Below are positions 10,041 to 23,711 of a stretch of DNA of 64,000 nt, in pieces. The notes under the pieces were generated by a model. It did no database searches. It saw nothing but the letters and a program-made list of their open reading frames with translations, and was not told the DNA's origin. Made by a program: the position numbers and the translations under genes. The DNA comes from Candidatus Omnitrophota bacterium. GTDB lineage: Bacteria; Omnitrophota; Gorgyraeia; JABMRN01; RBG-13-46-9. The stretch lies in the NCBI GenBank assembly GCA_024542975.1, contig JAMXCZ010000001.1, forward strand, positions 24,141-88,140, read 5' to 3'. Each line of letters begins with the position of its first letter. The stretch's first letter is position 1.

Positions 10041-12128
10041 TCACTTTTGTACTTCTCCCTGAATAACTTTCTCTGCGATATGTTTCGGCACTTCCTGGTA
10101 AAATGAAGGCTCCATTGTATATGTTGCGCGCCCTTGTGTCAAGCTCCTTATGGCTGTCGCGTACCCAAACATCTCTGCGAGCGCAACAAAGGCGTGTACG
10201 ATCCTTGCGCTCCCAGCCTGGGCCATGGCTTCTATTTTGCCCCTCCTGGAGCCCAAGTCTCCCAGAACGTCTCCAAGGTATTCCTCGGGCGTTGTTACTT
10301 CAAGGTCCATTATGGGTTCCATTAAAACCGAGGTTGCCCTTTTCAGGCCGTCCCGCAAAGCGATTGAAGCAGCCATTTTAAACGCGATGTCGCTCGAATC
10401 CACTTCATGGAACGAGCCGTCGTAAAGCGTTACTTTTATGTCGACGACGGGATATCCCGCCAAAACGCCGCTTTTGGCGGAATTTATGATCCCTTTCTCA
10501 ATGGGCGATATGTATTCCTTGGGGATCTGCCCGCCTTTTATTTTATTTACAAAAATAATACCCTCACCTTTTTCTGCCGGCTCAAGCTCTATTTCCACAT
10601 GGCCGTATTGCCCTCTTCCTCCGGACTGCTGAATAAACTTGCCTGTTGCCTCCACTTTTTTCTTTATGGTCTCCTTGTAAGCTACGTGCGGTTTTCCGAC
10701 ATTGGCCTTAACGTTAAATTCACGCCCAATCCTCGTAATTATAACATCAAGGTGAAGCTCACCCATCCCGTTTATCAAGGTTTGCGCAGTGTCCTGGTTG
10801 TAACGCACTGTAAAAGACGGGTCCTCTTCCACAATTTTCCTGAGGGCCTTTGCAAGTTTATCCTGATCGGCTTTCTTGGCCGGCTCTATCGCCATTGAAA
10901 TGACAGGCTCGGGGAAATGTATTTTTTCCATGAGGATCGGGCGTTCCTCATCGCATAGGGTGTCTCCCGTGGTGGTTTTTTTAAGGCCTACCACAGCCGC
11001 AATGTCGCCCGCGGTAACTTCCGTTACGATTTCCTGCTTATCGGCGTGCATTCTGACTATTTTTCCGATCCGTTCTTCCACATTTTTTGTAGCGTTATAA
11101 ATATATTTTCCTGTTTCGAGCTTGCCGGAATAAACCCTTACAAAAATAAGTTTTCCTACGAATGAGTCGGTCATGATCTTAAATGCCAGAGCGCAGGTGC
11201 CTTTTTTGTCACCCACCTCTCTCTCTTCCTCCGCGTGCGTTTGGGGATTTACGCCCTTAGCCGGCGGTATGTCAAGAGGGGACGGCAGGTAATCCGTTAT
11301 GCCGTCAATCAGAAGCTCAACGCCCTTGTTCCGAAATGCCGTGCCGCAAAATACGGGAATAAACTTGTTTTTTATCGTGGCCCGCCGTATGAATTCTTTC
11401 AATTCATTAGGATAAATTCCGTCGTCATTGACGTATTTTTCCATGGCCACGTCATCAGTTTCGGCGATTTTAGCGATCAAATTATGCCGATAGTGGCTTG
11501 CGCTTTCTTTGACTTCGTCCGGCATGGGGATCTCCTTTCGCGTAACAGCCATATCCTCCCCTTCGAATTCGTAAGCCTTCATATCGATAAGGTCCACAAT
11601 ACCCCTAAAGTTATCTTCACTCCCGATAGGTATCTCTACAGGCTGCGCATTGGCGCGGAGCTTTTCATGAATCCCATTCACAGCCTTTATAAAATCGCTG
11701 CCGGTCCTATCCATCTTGTTGATAAATGCGATCCTCGGAACGCCATAGCGCTCCGCCTGCCGCCACACCGTCTCGGATTGCGGCTGCACGCCTGCTACGC
11801 CACAGAACACTACGACAGCCCCGTCCAGAACCTTAAGCGAACGCTCTACCTCAATCGTAAAATCTACGTGCCCGGGCGTATCAATGATGTTAAGCTTGCG
11901 ATCGTTCCAAAAACAGGTAATCGCAGCGCTTGTGATGGTAATGCCCCTCTCCTGCTCTTCCTCCATCCAGTCGGTAGTCGTAGTGCCATCGTCTACGTTT
12001 CCTATCTTATGGATTTTCCCCGCGTGATAAAGTATACGCTCGGTAAGGGTGGTTTTCCCCGCGTCGATATGCGCAATAATACCGATGTTTCTCGTCTTTT
12101 TTAATTCAGTCATCGCCTTGTCAGTCAT
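10041..12128 (-). CDS. fusA: Elongation factor G
   Basis: [29 protein letters not shown]; start at MTDKAM after a GAGGA SD. Confidence 0.98.
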   Translation of the reverse strand: MTDKAMTELKKTRNIGIIAHIDAGKTTLTERILYHAGKIHKIGNVDDGTTTTDWMEEEQERGITITSAAITCFWNDRKLNIIDTPGHVDFTIEVERSLKVLDGAVVVFCGVAGVQPQSETVWRQAERYGVPRIAFINKMDRTGSDFIKAVNGIHEKLRANAQPVEIPIGSEDNFRGIVDLIDMKAYEFEGEDMAVTRKEIPMPDEVKESASHYRHNLIAKIAETDDVAMEKYVNDDGIYPNELKEFIRRATIKNKFIPVFCGTAFRNKGVELLIDGITDYLPSPLDIPPAKGVNPQTHAEEEREVGDKKGTCALAFKIMTDSFVGKLIFVRVYSGKLETGKYIYNATKNVEERIGKIVRMHADKQEIVTEVTAGDIAAVVGLKKTTTGDTLCDEERPILMEKIHFPEPVISMAIEPAKKADQDKLAKALRKIVEEDPSFTVRYNQDTAQTLINGMGELHLDVIITRIGREFNVKANVGKPHVAYKETIKKKVEATGKFIQQSGGRGQYGHVEIELEPAEKGEGIIFVNKIKGGQIPKEYISPIEKGIINSAKSGVLAGYPVVDIKVTLYDGSFHEVDSSDIAFKMAASIALRDGLKRATSVLMEPIMDLEVTTPEEYLGDVLGDLGSRRGKIEAMAQAGSARIVHAFVALAEMFGYATAIRSLTQGRATYTMEPSFYQEVPKHIAEKVIQGEVQK

Positions 12129-12182
12129 TTCGTCTTTTTCCTCAAGCTGCGCGCTTAACATCCGTTCCGCAATCCTTCTTAA

Positions 12183-12653
12183 TCACCAGCGATAGTGACT
12201 AAATGCCTTGTTCGCCTCTGCCATCTTATGGGCTTCTTCCCGTTTTTTTACGGCGCTGCCGGTTCTGTTGTAGGCATCCAGAATTTCGCCCGCAAGCTTT
12301 TCCTGCATGGGCTTGCCTTTTTTCGCTCGGGCAAAATCGCGTATCCACATCATGGCCATAAAATTGCCGCGACTGCGTTCTACTTCCATCGGCACCTGAT
12401 ATGTTGCGCCGCCCATCCTGCGTGGCCTGACTTCAAGTAGCGGCCGGGCGCTATCTATCGCCTTCTCGAAAACCTCGACGGGGGTTTTGTTGCCCGTTTT
12501 TTCGGCCAGAATGCCCAGCGCCCCGTAAACAATCGTTTCTGCAGTGGATTTCTTCCCTTTTATCATGACCATATTTATGAACTTCGATAGCAACTGATTA
12601 TTATATTTTGGATCCGGTAAAATCTCCCGTTTATCCGCTCTTCTTCGTCTCAT
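12183..12653 (-). CDS. rpsG: 30S ribosomal protein uS7
   Basis: [23 protein letters not shown]. Confidence 0.98.
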   Translation of the reverse strand: MRRRRADKREILPDPKYNNQLLSKFINMVMIKGKKSTAETIVYGALGILAEKTGNKTPVEVFEKAIDSARPLLEVRPRRMGGATYQVPMEVERSRGNFMAMMWIRDFARAKKGKPMQEKLAGEILDAYNRTGSAVKKREEAHKMAEANKAFSHYRW

Positions 12654-12679
12654 ATCACTCTCTTCCTTACAGCTTATCG

Positions 12680-13054
12680 CTACTTCTTCAACATTTTCGC
12701 CCCATACTTGGAGCGCGATTTTTTCCTGTCCTGAACGCCTGAAGTATCCAGTGTGCCCCTCACAATGTGATATCTTACACCGGGCAGGTCCTTCACCCTG
12801 CCTCCCCTTATGGTAACGATCGAGTGCTCCTGAAGGTTGTGCCCTACGCCGGGTATATATCCCGTAACCTCGATGCCGTTTGTAAGCCTGATCCTTGCGA
12901 CCTTACGCAGCGCTGAATTCGGTTTCTTGGGCGTTTGAGTCTTTACTTGCAGGCACACACCCCGCTTCTGCGGGCACTGCTCAAGCGCTCGCGATTTTGT
13001 TTTTCTCTTAAACCGTTCTCTTCCCTGCCTTACAAGTTGGTTTATGGTCGGCAT
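12680..13054 (-). CDS. rpsL: 30S ribosomal protein uS12
   Basis: [30 protein letters not shown]. Confidence 0.99.
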   Translation of the reverse strand: MPTINQLVRQGRERFKRKTKSRALEQCPQKRGVCLQVKTQTPKKPNSALRKVARIRLTNGIEVTGYIPGVGHNLQEHSIVTIRGGRVKDLPGVRYHIVRGTLDTSGVQDRKKSRSKYGAKMLKK

Positions 13055-13073
13055 TTATTTTCACCCTTATTGC

Positions 13074-16000
13074 TCATTTACTTTTTTTGCCTTTCTTCGC
13101 GGCCTTTTTGGTTTTTTTCTCTTTCTTTTTCACTACCTTTGGCGCGCTTTTTTTCTCCCCGGCGTTTTCTTCTTTTTTCTCTTCCTTTTTTACTTCACAA
13201 ATTTCTTTTATGAGCTCGATATCCTTATGAGCTTTGAATCCTGTCCCTGCGGGTATAAGGTGGCCCATTATTATATTCTCTTTGAGGCCCAAAAGATTAT
13301 CCACCTTACCGCTTGACGCCGCTTCCGTCAATATCCGGGTTGTTTCCTGAAAACTCGCAGCGGAAATGAAACTTTCGGTTGTAAGCGACGCTTTGGTTAT
13401 TCCTAAGAGTACGGGCGTTGCGCTTGCGGGCTTAGCCTTGCGCTTTATGGTCTTCGCGTTCTCTATTTTAAATTTGGGCTTATCCACCTGCTCGCCGATT
13501 ATGAATACCGTGTCTCCCGGATCTTCTATTTTTATCTTTCTGAGCATCTGGCGTATTATTACTTCTATGTGCTTATCATTGATCCTTACGCCCTGCAACC
13601 TGTAAACTTCCTGGACTTCATTCAAAAGATAATCCTGAAGCACTTTTTCGCCGGACACCTTCAATATGTCCTGAGGCACTACCGGGCCGTCTATAAGCTG
13701 CTGGCCGGCTATTACCTTGTCGCCCTTGTATACGTTCAGGTGCTTGCCGTGCGGTATGAGATACTCTTTTTTCATGCCTGTGGGGCTATTTATTATCACG
13801 CGCTTCTGCCCCTTTTTCGACTCGCCAAATTCAACAACTCCGTCAATCTCGCTTATGATGGCCGGGTCCTTCGGACGCCTTGCTTCAAATAGTTCAGCGA
13901 CACGCGGAAGGCCGCCTGTTATGTCTTTTGTTTTTGTGATTTTTCGCGGTGTTTTCGCCAGAACGTCGCCCGCAGACACGGCCTCCTTATCATTTACGGT
14001 GATAACCGCACCTGACGGAAGCGGATAGATTGCGAGCACCTCTTTTTTAGCGTTCAATATCACAATTTCGGGATGATACTCGCCTTTGTGTTCAACGATA
14101 ATGCGATTTTTTATCTTGGTGCTCGGATCCAATTCCTCCTTCATCGTGATGTCTTCCTTGATATCCTCATACCGAACCTTACCCTCTACCTCTGTCAGGA
14201 TCGGCACGGTATACGGGTCCCATCGCACAATTATCATTTTCTTGTCAATGTCAGATCTCCCGGCAGCGAACACCGTAGCCCCTTGCGGCACGGTATGCCG
14301 TTCCAATTCCCTGCTTGAACTGTCGTCAATACTGATCTGCCCGTTGCGGTTTAAGACAATGAACTGGCCCGCTTTTTTGCCGGCTACTGTTTTCAGGTTG
14401 TGATATTTCAGAATACCCTTATTCCTGCTTTCAATGTACGATTGTTCGATTACGCGGCTTGCAGTGCCTCCTATGTGAAACGTTCTCATCGTAAGCTGCG
14501 TGCCCGGCTCTCCGATCGATTGCGCCGCAATAACGCCAACCGCCTCACCCAACTCAACAGGCTTGCCTGTAGCAAGATTTCTGCCATAGCATTTGGCGCA
14601 TACGCCGCGCTTCGACTCGCACGTCAAAACGCTCCTTATACGCATCCTCTCAATGCCGGTTTCTTCTATTTTTTCCGCTTTTTCCTCGGTAATTTCCTGG
14701 CCATTTTCTACGATTACTTCGTCGCTTACGGGATTTACGGTATTGTCAAGCGCTATCCTCCCGATTATTCTCTCGGCAAGTGAGGCAACAACCTCGTCAC
14801 CTTCTATGATGGCGCTTACAAAAACTCCGTTGAGCGTTCCGCAATCCCCCTCGCTGATTATTACATCCTGCGCCACGTCAACCAACCTTCGCGTTAGATA
14901 TCCGGAATCGGCGGTTTTGAGCGCCGTATCCGCAAGCCCTTTTCGCGCGCCGTGCGTGGAGATAAAATAGTCCAAAACAGTGAGGCCCTCTCGGAAGTTA
15001 GCGATAATCGGTATTTCAATAATTTCACCCGACGGCTTCGCCATAAGCCCTCTCATTCCGGCAAGCTGCCGTATCTGCTGGGTGGAGCCCCTCGCGCCCG
15101 AATCCGCCATCATAAAAATTGGGTTAAAAGAGTCGAGCTCCGCAAAAATCAGGTCTGCGACCGCCTCGGTAGTGTGCGTCCAAAGGTCAATGATCTTGTT
15201 ATAGCGCTCGCCGTCGGTTATGATTCCCTTTTTATACTGATCGTCCACCTTCGCCACTTCGGCCTTCGTCTTTGTTATGTACTTTTCTTTTTCCTTGGGT
15301 ATATTTAAATCGTCGATTGAAATAGACAGACCGGCGAGCGTCGCCTCTTCAAAGCCGGCTTTTTTCAATCTATCTAAGAGTTCCACTGTTTCAGAATTAC
15401 CTTTTTTGTTATAACAATCGGTAATTACATCGCTTATCTTCGACTTATCCATTACCTCGTTTACAAATCCAAGCCCCTCGGGCAGAAGGTCGTTAAAAAT
15501 CACTCTTCCCACGGTAGTCTGGATGATCTCAGTTGCCATTCGCACTTTTATTTTCGCGTGAAGCGCAACCACTTCATTCTGATGCGCCGTAATCACCTCA
15601 TCTACATCCGCGAAAAGTTTACCTTCGCCTTTCATTCCGTCTTTTTCTTTCGTCAGATAGTAGCAGCCGAGAACGATGTCCTGCGACGGCACTACGATGG
15701 GGCGCCCGTTTGCCGGCGAGAATATGTTATTAGTCGAAAGCATTAAAAGCCTTGTTTCCATCTGCGCCTCCAGAGATAGCGGAACATGAACCGCCATCTG
15801 GTCACCGTCAAAATCAGCATTGAAAGCCGCGCATACAAGAGGGTGTATTCGTATCGCTTTCCCCTCGACAAGAATCGGCTGAAATGCCTGCACCCCGAGC
15901 CTGTGAAGTGTCGGAGCGCGATTTAGCATCACGGGATGGTCCCGTATAACCTCATCCAATATGTCCCATACCTCGAGTTTCGCATTTTCGACCATTTTTT

Positions 16001-17165
16001 TTGCGCTTTTTATCGTATGCACAAAACCTTTTTCCCGTAACTTACGTATGATGAAGGGTTCAAATAATTCAAGTGCAATTTTTTTCGGCAGGCCGCACTC
16101 ATGAAGTTTCAGTTCCGGGCCTATTACGATTACGCTCCTACCGGAATAGTCGACCCTTTTGCCCAGAAGATTCTGCCTGAACCTGCCCTGCTTGCCCTTC
16201 AGCATATCAGCGAGAGATTTAAGAGGGCGGTTGCCGGGGCCGAGGACTGGCCTCCCATGACGCCCGTTGTCAAACAGAGCATCGACCGCCTCCTGAAGCA
16301 TGCGTTTTTCGTTGCGTATAATTACTTCGGGCGCTTTAAGCGCAAGTAGTTTTTTAAGCCGATTATTTCTATTGATCACCCTTCTATAGAGGTCATTCAG
16401 GTCACTTGTCGCAAACCTTCCGCCATCGAGCGGCACAAGCGGCCTTAAATCGGGGGGTATGACGGGTACTACGTCCAATATTATCCACTCCGGGCTGTTA
16501 CCGGAGTTTCTAAAGTTTTCGATGACTTTCAAAACTTTTATATTTTTTTTCTGCGCATGAGAGGTCTTAGCCTCGTGTATTTCTTTTTTTAGCTTTTCTG
16601 CCAGTTTGTTAGGTTTGACCTCGAGAAGAAGCTTCTTTATGGCCGCCGCGCCCATTTCGGCCTTGAACTCCTTACCGTATTTCTCCCTGTATTCCACATA
16701 TCTTTCCTCGCTCAAGAGCTCCTTCTTCTTAAGCGGCGTATTGCCCGGATCAATTACGATATATTCCTCGTAATATAGCACCTTCTCGAGCGAACGCACG
16801 TTGAGTTGCAGCATATTTCCCATGCGCGAGGGCGTCGCCTTAAAAAACCATACATGTGATACCGGACACGCAAGTTCAATATGCCCCATTCTTTCTCTGC
16901 GGACACTGGAGCGTGTAATCTCGACTCCACAACGGTCGCACACGATTCCCTTATGTTTAATTCGTTTATATTTTCCGCAGTTACATTCGTAGTCACGGGT
17001 CGGGCCGAATATGCGCTCGCAAAAAAGCCCGTCTTTCTCCGGTTTTAAAGTCCTGTAGTTAATAGTCTCGGGCTTCTTGACTTCGCCCCTGGACCATGAT
17101 TTTATAGTCTCTGGAGAACTTAGTTTTATGCTTATCGCCTCAAACCGGTTGGTTGCCTCTAGCAC
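13074..17165 (-). CDS. rpoC: RNA polymerase beta' subunit
   Basis: [12 protein letters not shown] catalytic motif, Zn-finger Cys, QLTMRTFH; GTG start overlaps the rpoB stop. Confidence 0.98.
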   Translation of the reverse strand: MLEATNRFEAISIKLSSPETIKSWSRGEVKKPETINYRTLKPEKDGLFCERIFGPTRDYECNCGKYKRIKHKGIVCDRCGVEITRSSVRRERMGHIELACPVSHVWFFKATPSRMGNMLQLNVRSLEKVLYYEEYIVIDPGNTPLKKKELLSEERYVEYREKYGKEFKAEMGAAAIKKLLLEVKPNKLAEKLKKEIHEAKTSHAQKKNIKVLKVIENFRNSGNSPEWIILDVVPVIPPDLRPLVPLDGGRFATSDLNDLYRRVINRNNRLKKLLALKAPEVIIRNEKRMLQEAVDALFDNGRHGRPVLGPGNRPLKSLADMLKGKQGRFRQNLLGKRVDYSGRSVIVIGPELKLHECGLPKKIALELFEPFIIRKLREKGFVHTIKSAKKMVENAKLEVWDILDEVIRDHPVMLNRAPTLHRLGVQAFQPILVEGKAIRIHPLVCAAFNADFDGDQMAVHVPLSLEAQMETRLLMLSTNNIFSPANGRPIVVPSQDIVLGCYYLTKEKDGMKGEGKLFADVDEVITAHQNEVVALHAKIKVRMATEIIQTTVGRVIFNDLLPEGLGFVNEVMDKSKISDVITDCYNKKGNSETVELLDRLKKAGFEEATLAGLSISIDDLNIPKEKEKYITKTKAEVAKVDDQYKKGIITDGERYNKIIDLWTHTTEAVADLIFAELDSFNPIFMMADSGARGSTQQIRQLAGMRGLMAKPSGEIIEIPIIANFREGLTVLDYFISTHGARKGLADTALKTADSGYLTRRLVDVAQDVIISEGDCGTLNGVFVSAIIEGDEVVASLAERIIGRIALDNTVNPVSDEVIVENGQEITEEKAEKIEETGIERMRIRSVLTCESKRGVCAKCYGRNLATGKPVELGEAVGVIAAQSIGEPGTQLTMRTFHIGGTASRVIEQSYIESRNKGILKYHNLKTVAGKKAGQFIVLNRNGQISIDDSSSRELERHTVPQGATVFAAGRSDIDKKMIIVRWDPYTVPILTEVEGKVRYEDIKEDITMKEELDPSTKIKNRIIVEHKGEYHPEIVILNAKKEVLAIYPLPSGAVITVNDKEAVSAGDVLAKTPRKITKTKDITGGLPRVAELFEARRPKDPAIISEIDGVVEFGESKKGQKRVIINSPTGMKKEYLIPHGKHLNVYKGDKVIAGQQLIDGPVVPQDILKVSGEKVLQDYLLNEVQEVYRLQGVRINDKHIEVIIRQMLRKIKIEDPGDTVFIIGEQVDKPKFKIENAKTIKRKAKPASATPVLLGITKASLTTESFISAASFQETTRILTEAASSGKVDNLLGLKENIIMGHLIPAGTGFKAHKDIELIKEICEVKKEEKKEENAGEKKSAPKVVKKKEKKTKKAAKKGKKSK

Positions 17166-20100
17166 TTTATTCCCCCTACTTTTGTTTTTTCCAACTTTAC
17201 GTCCAGGCAAAGACTCTGAAGTTCTTTGATAAGAACGTTGAAAGATTCCGGAGTTCCCGGTTGGAAGGCGGTTTCGCCTTTAACAATAGCTTCGTATATT
17301 TTGGTTCTTCCCATTACGTCATCGCTTTTTACCGTAAGCAGTTCCTGAAGTGTGTAGGCGGCGCCGTATGCTTCGAGGGCCCAAACTTCCATTTCACCAA
17401 AACGCTGCCCGCCAAATTGCGCTTTGCCCCCCAGAGGTTGCTGCGTAACCAGGGAATACGGCCCGATACTTCTCGCATGGATTTTGTCATCTACAAGATG
17501 TATGAGCTTCATTATATAGATGTAGCCCACTGTTACCTTCTGGTCAAAGGGCTTCCCGGTCAAGCCATCGTTTAACGTTACCTTGCCGTTCTCGGGAATA
17601 CCGGCAGCCTTCATTTCCTTTTTTATCTCATTTTCGCGCGTTCCGTCAAAAACAGGCGTGGTGACCTTGAACCCCAAAAGCTTCGCAGCCCAACCCCGAG
17701 GTGTCTCCAGTATCTGGCCAACGTTCATTCTGCTCGGAACGCCGAGGGGATTAAGCACGATTTCGACGGGTGTCCCATCGTCTAAGAAAGGCATATCCTC
17801 TTCCGGCAAAATTTTGGCAATAACACCTTTGTTGCCGTGCCTGCCCGCCATTTTATCGCCGACCGAAAGCCTCTTTTTGCTGGCAACGTAGACAACTACT
17901 TTCTTCAGGACTCCGGGTGGCAATTCATCTCCGCGCTTTACATGGTCGATTTCCCTTTCCTGCTCATAGGACAATTCCTCGATCTGTGCATTTAAAAGGC
18001 GCATAACCCTTGCGATTTCGTTTTCAAGCTGCGGATTTTCCACAAGCTTGATATTGTCGAGGTCTACTCTTTCAATCTTGCCGAGGTCGCGCGCCTTTAC
18101 ACAAGTGTTGTGCTTTATCAATATTTTTCCGCTCGCGTTGTCCAGGAGACTCGTTGCCAGTTTCTGGCCGACAAGGAGCTTATGCATCTTCCGCGCTTTT
18201 TCCTCTTCAATTTTTTTAATCTGGGCAGAGAACGTTGCTTCGATCTTTTTTATTTCCTTCTGCTCCTTCGCCCTTTCTTCCCTTGTTTTCGCGCGCGCTT
18301 CCTTCCTCGCAAATACCTTAACATCCACCACGATACCCTCTATGCCGGGCGGAACAGTCAAAGAAGCGTCGCGTACGTCACCGGCTTTTTCTCCGAATAT
18401 TGCGCGAAGCAGTTTCTCTTCGGGCGAAAGTTCCGTTTCGGATTTAGGCGTTACCTTGCCCGCCAATATGTCGCCCGGAGTAACTTCTGCGCCGATTCTT
18501 ACAATGCCGCCTGCGTCCAGGTTGCCAAGTGCCTCTTCTCCCACGTTTGGTATGTCCCTTGTGATCTCTTCATTGCCCAACCTCGTATCGCGGGCATCTA
18601 TCTCAAATTCTTCTATGTGGAGCGAAGTGTATATATCTTCTTTTAATACCTTTTCACTTATCAGGATCGCATCTTCGAAATTGTATCCACGCCATGGCAT
18701 GAAAGCCACAAGAACATTCCTGCCCAATGCAAGCTCGCCTTCCTTGGTGGCAGCGCCATCCGCAATTATGTCACCCGCCTTCACCTTATCCCGCACTTTA
18801 ACTATGGGCCTCTGGTTTATTGTGGTATTTGCGTTGGAGCGCTCAAATTTTCTTAAGGGGTATTTCTTTCCGCTGACTACAATTTCTTCGCTGTCAACAT
18901 AGCTTACGGTGCCGTTCGTATGCGCAATCACAACGGTTCCGGAATCTTTCGCTGCCCTATACTCCATACCTGTGCCGATCAAAGGGGCCTCGGCTTCGAG
19001 TAAGGGCACAGCCTGCCTCTGCATATTCGAGCCCATGAGCGCCCTGTTAGCATCGTCGTGCTCCAAAAACGGTATCAGGCTTGCGGCAATGCTTACCAGC
19101 TGGCAGGGTGATACGTCCATGTATTGAACCTTTTTAGGTTCCGCTGATATGAAGTCGCGTTTATACCGGCTGAACACCTTGTCATTCACAAATGCACCTT
19201 TTGTGTTTATCCGTTCATTGGCCTGCGCAATTATATATTCGTCTTCGGTGTCAGCCGAGAGGTATTCGATTTTATTGGTAACTTTGCCGTTTTCAACTCT
19301 TCGATACGGGGTCTCGAGAAAACCGAATTCGTTGACGCGCGCGTATGTAGAGAGTGAAGTTATAAGGCCTATGTTCGGGCCTTCAGGTGTCTCGATAGGG
19401 CACATTCTGCCGTAATGCGAATAGTGCACATCCCTTACCTCGAAACCCGCCCGCTCTCTATTTAGCCCCCCGGGGCCAAGGGCACTCAATCTTCTTTTGT
19501 GTGTAAGCTCCGCAAGGGGATTTGTCTGATCCATAAATTGCGAGAGCTGGCTTCTTCCGAAGAAATCCTTGACGATGCTCGATATCAGTTTGGCATTGAT
19601 AAGATTATGCGGCATAACGCTGTCGAGGTCGTATATGTTCATTCTTTCCCGTATTGACCGCTCAAGCCGCACCATACCTATGCGAAGCTGGTTAAGCAAA
19701 AGTTCGCCGGCGGACCTGATCCTACGATTTCCCAGATGATCAATGTCATCGGTCGGGCCGCCTTCGTTTTTTATTTTTATCAATTTTTTTACGACTGCCG
19801 TAAGTGTTTCGCAATCCAGAGTTGCGCGGTCAGGCGACGACGCCATTTGCAGCTTTCGGTTTAGCATATGCCTTCCTACGCGCCCGAGGCTGTAGCGCTT
19901 TGGGCTAAAAAACAACCTGTCGACCAATCCGAGCGCCGAATCAAGCGTCGGGGGATCGCCGGGGCGAAGTTTCCTGTATACATCAAGAAGCGCTTCTTCT
20001 CTGGTTCTCGTAGTATCACGCTCAATCGTTTTCACGATTTCGGGAAACTCTTCACTTAAGATCGATAAGTCCCTTATTTTTGCGTACCACAACCGTTTAG

Positions 20101-20866
20101 CAAGCTCCTTTGTAATATGCTCGCCGCTTTTCGCCAGTATGGAATTGGATGCGTCATCCATTATATCTTCCGCCAAAACAGAATTTATGTAATCTGTAAG
20201 CTGGCTTTCGCGCGTAATTTTTATTTTTTGAACGCCGCTGAATGCCTTTAGAATATCTTCATCTTTGGAAAGCCCGAATATTCTCAAAAATATCGACCCT
20301 ACGAATTTTCTGCGCCTATCAAGATAAACATGCAGGATGTCTGTAGGGTCAATTTCAAACTCGACCCACGCCCCACGGTAGGGTATTATGCGAGCAGAAA
20401 ATATTGTTTTGCCGCTCGGATGTTTGTTCTCCTCGAAAGATATCCCGGGCGAACGGTGCAGCTGACTGACAACCACGCGCTCGTCGCCGTTTACTATAAA
20501 CGTGCCTGTCGGCGTCATGAGGGGCAGGTCGCAAAAATATACTTCCTGCTCTTTCGTGTCTTTAGGCGTTTTCAGCCTGAGCTCGAGGCGAAGCGCTCCG
20601 GCGTATGACATGCCTGTTTTTATACATTCCTCTATAGTGTATTTCGGTTTTCCGATCGCGTAATTTATATACTCAAGCGTATATGCCTTATCCGGCGTTT
20701 CAATGGGAAACATCTCGCGAAAAAGGCCCTCTAATCCCACCGGTTGCCTTCGGGTCTTCGAAACGCCTACCTGCAAAAGCTTCGCATAACTCTCAATCTG
20801 TATCGCAATCAGATTTGGGAAATCGAAACATTTTGGTATTTTTGAGTAATCTTTGCGTTTGGTCAC
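17159..20866 (-). CDS. rpoB: RNA polymerase beta subunit
   Basis: [39 protein letters not shown]. Confidence 0.99.
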   Translation of the reverse strand: MTKRKDYSKIPKCFDFPNLIAIQIESYAKLLQVGVSKTRRQPVGLEGLFREMFPIETPDKAYTLEYINYAIGKPKYTIEECIKTGMSYAGALRLELRLKTPKDTKEQEVYFCDLPLMTPTGTFIVNGDERVVVSQLHRSPGISFEENKHPSGKTIFSARIIPYRGAWVEFEIDPTDILHVYLDRRRKFVGSIFLRIFGLSKDEDILKAFSGVQKIKITRESQLTDYINSVLAEDIMDDASNSILAKSGEHITKELAKRLWYAKIRDLSILSEEFPEIVKTIERDTTRTREEALLDVYRKLRPGDPPTLDSALGLVDRLFFSPKRYSLGRVGRHMLNRKLQMASSPDRATLDCETLTAVVKKLIKIKNEGGPTDDIDHLGNRRIRSAGELLLNQLRIGMVRLERSIRERMNIYDLDSVMPHNLINAKLISSIVKDFFGRSQLSQFMDQTNPLAELTHKRRLSALGPGGLNRERAGFEVRDVHYSHYGRMCPIETPEGPNIGLITSLSTYARVNEFGFLETPYRRVENGKVTNKIEYLSADTEDEYIIAQANERINTKGAFVNDKVFSRYKRDFISAEPKKVQYMDVSPCQLVSIAASLIPFLEHDDANRALMGSNMQRQAVPLLEAEAPLIGTGMEYRAAKDSGTVVIAHTNGTVSYVDSEEIVVSGKKYPLRKFERSNANTTINQRPIVKVRDKVKAGDIIADGAATKEGELALGRNVLVAFMPWRGYNFEDAILISEKVLKEDIYTSLHIEEFEIDARDTRLGNEEITRDIPNVGEEALGNLDAGGIVRIGAEVTPGDILAGKVTPKSETELSPEEKLLRAIFGEKAGDVRDASLTVPPGIEGIVVDVKVFARKEARAKTREERAKEQKEIKKIEATFSAQIKKIEEEKARKMHKLLVGQKLATSLLDNASGKILIKHNTCVKARDLGKIERVDLDNIKLVENPQLENEIARVMRLLNAQIEELSYEQEREIDHVKRGDELPPGVLKKVVVYVASKKRLSVGDKMAGRHGNKGVIAKILPEEDMPFLDDGTPVEIVLNPLGVPSRMNVGQILETPRGWAAKLLGFKVTTPVFDGTRENEIKKEMKAAGIPENGKVTLNDGLTGKPFDQKVTVGYIYIMKLIHLVDDKIHARSIGPYSLVTQQPLGGKAQFGGQRFGEMEVWALEAYGAAYTLQELLTVKSDDVMGRTKIYEAIVKGETAFQPGTPESFNVLIKELQSLCLDVKLEKTKVGGIKC

Positions 20867-20916
20867 GTATTTTTCTCCTATCGGTTAACTTATCCGGCTA
20901 ACACGCTACGGAATTC

Positions 20917-21396
20917 TTACTTCAGTTCTACCTTTGCACCGACTTTTTCGAGCTGAGCCTTTATCTTGTCCGCTTCTTCTTTTGTTGCGCCTTCTTTAAC
21001 CGGCTTTGGAGCGGATTCCACAAGGGTCTTCGCCTCTTTGAGCCCAAGAGTCGTAATGGCTCGTATTTCCTTAATTACCTGTATCTTGTTCGCGCCTATG
21101 TCCGCGAGCACAATCGTAAACGCGGTCTTTTCCTCCTGGGCGGCACCCGCCTGGCCCGCAGCTCCGGATGACAACGCCGGCATTGCCATCGCCGCCTGGG
21201 CACTCACGCCAAATTTTTCCTCAAGTGCCTTCACGAAATCCGCAAGCTCGATAACCGTCATCTTCTCGATCGTTTCCATGACGCTCTTCATCTTGGCGCT
21301 CAATTCGATTTTTGTTTCAACCTTTTTTTCTTCCTTTTTTTCCTCGACTTTTACAGTCTCGGTCTTAGTTTCTTCCGCTTTTTTTTCCTCAGTCAT
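20917..21396 (-). CDS. rplL: 50S ribosomal protein bL12 with charged N-terminal extension
   Basis: [25 protein letters not shown]; AGGAGG SD precedes the extended start. Confidence 0.96.
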   Translation of the reverse strand: MTEEKKAEETKTETVKVEEKKEEKKVETKIELSAKMKSVMETIEKMTVIELADFVKALEEKFGVSAQAAMAMPALSSGAAGQAGAAQEEKTAFTIVLADIGANKIQVIKEIRAITTLGLKEAKTLVESAPKPVKEGATKEEADKIKAQLEKVGAKVELK

Positions 21397-21416
21397 CGTA
21401 TCCTCCTTGTTTAAGC

Positions 21417-21941
21417 TTAGCTTCGTTTTTTCTTTATTTCATTCACCGCGCAAACGAAGTTTCGCAGGAGGCCGCTTAGAACCCCTACAAAACCGGTTAT
21501 CGGGCTTTTCATATAACTGGCAACCATGCCGAACAACGCCTCTTTCGACGGCAGGGCCGCAAGGTATTCCACCCTGGAAACGTCTTCAAATTTTCCGTCA
21601 ATCAGCGCCCCGCGCAATTTGAGCGCCTTGTATTTCTTCGCAAAACCTACAAGCGTTTTGGAAGCCTTTATAATGTCCCCTGCAAATCCTATGCCGATTT
21701 CACCCTTAAATAATTGATCAAAATCAGGAATTTCGAGCTCTCTGAACGTGCGTTTCGCAATAGCATTCTTTACAACGCAATACTTCGAGGACACCATGTT
21801 CAATTCTCGCCTCAGTTTTTCCATTTCCTGTGAACTTAAGCCATTATAGTTTGTAATAACGAAATCGGGCATGTCCTGGGCCTTGGATGCAAGCTCCGCA
21901 AGCATATATTTTTTTGTGCTTATTCCGAATTTTTCTTCCAT
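21417..21941 (-). CDS. rplJ: 50S ribosomal protein uL10
   Basis: YNGL...LRREL...[12 protein letters not shown]; start at MEEKFG after a GGAG SD. Confidence 0.94.
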   Translation of the reverse strand: MEEKFGISTKKYMLAELASKAQDMPDFVITNYNGLSSQEMEKLRRELNMVSSKYCVVKNAIAKRTFRELEIPDFDQLFKGEIGIGFAGDIIKASKTLVGFAKKYKALKLRGALIDGKFEDVSRVEYLAALPSKEALFGMVASYMKSPITGFVGVLSGLLRNFVCAVNEIKKKRS

Positions 21942-21949
21942 AGTTTCCG

Positions 21950-22648
21950 TTATCTCCTGAACTCTGAAATATCCAGTTTTAGCCCGGGCCCCATAGTCCG
22001 GGATATAGTTACAGACTTTATTGCCTGGGGCCGTGTTAAGGCTGCATTGGACGACAATATTGAATTTAAAAGTTTTTTTATGTTTTCGCATAGCGCTTCT
22101 TTTGAAAACGAAATTTTTCCTACGCCGGCGTGCAGGCCGCTCTGCTTGTCCATTTTAAACTCGATCTTGCCGGCCCTTACTTCTTTTACCGCTTTGGTAA
22201 TATCGTCCGTAACGGTTCCCGTCTTTGGATTGGGCATAAGGCCCCTCGGGCCCAATATCTTTCCTAGTTTCGCTATCTCACGCATCATACCGGTCTCCGC
22301 TATTGCGACATCGAAGTCACACCACCCGGCGGATACCTTCTTTATCAGTTCGTCCGAACCGATGAATTCGGCGCCTTCCTCCTTCGCCTTCTTTTCGTTC
22401 TCTCCCCTGCAGAAGACGGCTATTCTTACGGTTTTTCCTGTCCCATGCGGCAGGAGGGCTGTTCCCCTCACTATATCGGTTGGGTTTTTTGCATTTAAGG
22501 TGAGGTTCATACCCAATTCCACCGTTTCGTCGAATTTGCCTTTGGGCAAATCTTTGAGGATGTCAAGCGCCTCATCGAGCTTGTAATGCTTACCTTTATC
22601 ATAGAGGGCAGATATTGCTTTTTGGCGTTTGCTCAATTTGCCTGTCAT
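21950..22648 (-). CDS. rplA: 50S ribosomal protein uL1
   Basis: [35 protein letters not shown]. Confidence 0.98.
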   Translation of the reverse strand: MTGKLSKRQKAISALYDKGKHYKLDEALDILKDLPKGKFDETVELGMNLTLNAKNPTDIVRGTALLPHGTGKTVRIAVFCRGENEKKAKEEGAEFIGSDELIKKVSAGWCDFDVAIAETGMMREIAKLGKILGPRGLMPNPKTGTVTDDITKAVKEVRAGKIEFKMDKQSGLHAGVGKISFSKEALCENIKKLLNSILSSNAALTRPQAIKSVTISRTMGPGLKLDISEFRR

Positions 22649-23154
22649 TTCGTATCCTTCCCGCTTTTAGCCTGCGTGACTTCCCCAGCTGCCGTCTCGC
22701 CTTCTTTCGGGGTTACCTCGGTCCGCTTTTCCACTATATCAATACCCATGCTTCTTGCGGTGCCCGCAACTATCTTCATAGCCCCTTCTATGTCGATTGC
22801 GTTTAAGTCTTTCATTTTTATCTTCGCGATTTCCTGAACTTCCTTCTTTGTCACCTGTCCGGCCTTTTCCCTGTTCGGGACGCCGCTTGCTTTTGCTATT
22901 CCGCATGCCCGCTTTAACAGCACACTGGATGGCGGGCTCTTTATTATGAAGGTAAAGGATCTATCCTTATACGCAGTGATCACGACAGGCATGATGAGCC
23001 CTCCGTCCTGCCCCTTCGTCTTTTCATTAAAACTCTTGCAAAATTGCATTATGTTCAGGCCGTGCTGTCCCAGCGCCGGGCCTACCGGAGGCGCAGGGTT
23101 CGCCTGTCCGGCGGGACAATACAACTTTATTATCGCTTTAATTTCTTTAGCCAT
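22645..23154 (-). CDS. rplK: 50S ribosomal protein uL11 with C-terminal tail
   Basis: [22 protein letters not shown]. Confidence 0.98.
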   Translation of the reverse strand: MAKEIKAIIKLYCPAGQANPAPPVGPALGQHGLNIMQFCKSFNEKTKGQDGGLIMPVVITAYKDRSFTFIIKSPPSSVLLKRACGIAKASGVPNREKAGQVTKKEVQEIAKIKMKDLNAIDIEGAMKIVAGTARSMGIDIVEKRTEVTPKEGETAAGEVTQAKSGKDTK

Positions 23155-23176
23155 TTTTACCCTTAGAACTTGTCAT

Positions 23177-23710
23177 TTATACCTTTTCCACCTGCCACAT
23201 TTCGAGCTCTACCGGTGTAGACCGCCCGAAAATGGATATCGAAACTTTTATTTTGCCTTTTTCGTGGTTCGTTTCCTCTACGGTGCCGTTGAAGTTATTA
23301 AACGGGCCCTCAACTACGCGGATCGCTTCTCCTTTGTCAAACAGGACCTTTGGAATCGGCTTCGCTTTCGTTGTTTCGCTTTGCTTTAATATATTTTTTA
23401 TTTCTTCTTCCGTAAGCGGAGTGGGCCTGGAACGCGGCCCCACAAATCCCGTAACACCGGCCGTGCGCCTTATGAGATACCATGTCTTGTCGTTAAGCTC
23501 CATTTCGACCAACACGTACCCCGGGAAAAATTTTCGTTCGCTTACTTTTTTCTTACCGCCCTTGATCTCCGAAACCTGCTCCGTAGGGACTATGATCTGC
23601 GCGACAAACTCCTTGAGCGCGGAATCCTGCTCGAGTTTCTTTTGTAAATTGATTTTTACCCTTTCCTCGAGGCCCGTTTGTGTATGGATAACGTACCATT
23701 TATGCGACAT
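23177..23710 (-). CDS. nusG: Transcription elongation factor NusG
   Basis: WYVIHT, FFPGYVLV, GPF..F.G, IFGRSTPVEL. Confidence 0.98.
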   Translation of the reverse strand: MSHKWYVIHTQTGLEERVKINLQKKLEQDSALKEFVAQIIVPTEQVSEIKGGKKKVSERKFFPGYVLVEMELNDKTWYLIRRTAGVTGFVGPRSRPTPLTEEEIKNILKQSETTKAKPIPKVLFDKGEAIRVVEGPFNNFNGTVEETNHEKGKIKVSISIFGRSTPVELEMWQVEKV

Positions 23711-23711
23711 C

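Noticed and set aside
17166-17210. Upstream start extensions in the ORF track for rpoC (also rpsN, rplE, rplN, rplD, fusA, rplJ, nnrD, cdaA, rnhB and the PpiC gene)
   Set aside because: The extensions overlap upstream genes or promoters; downstream starts fit family N-termini and SD positions better.
21942-21949. L10 leader RNA upstream of rplJ
   Set aside because: Only 8 nt separate rplA and rplJ; there is no room for the leader.
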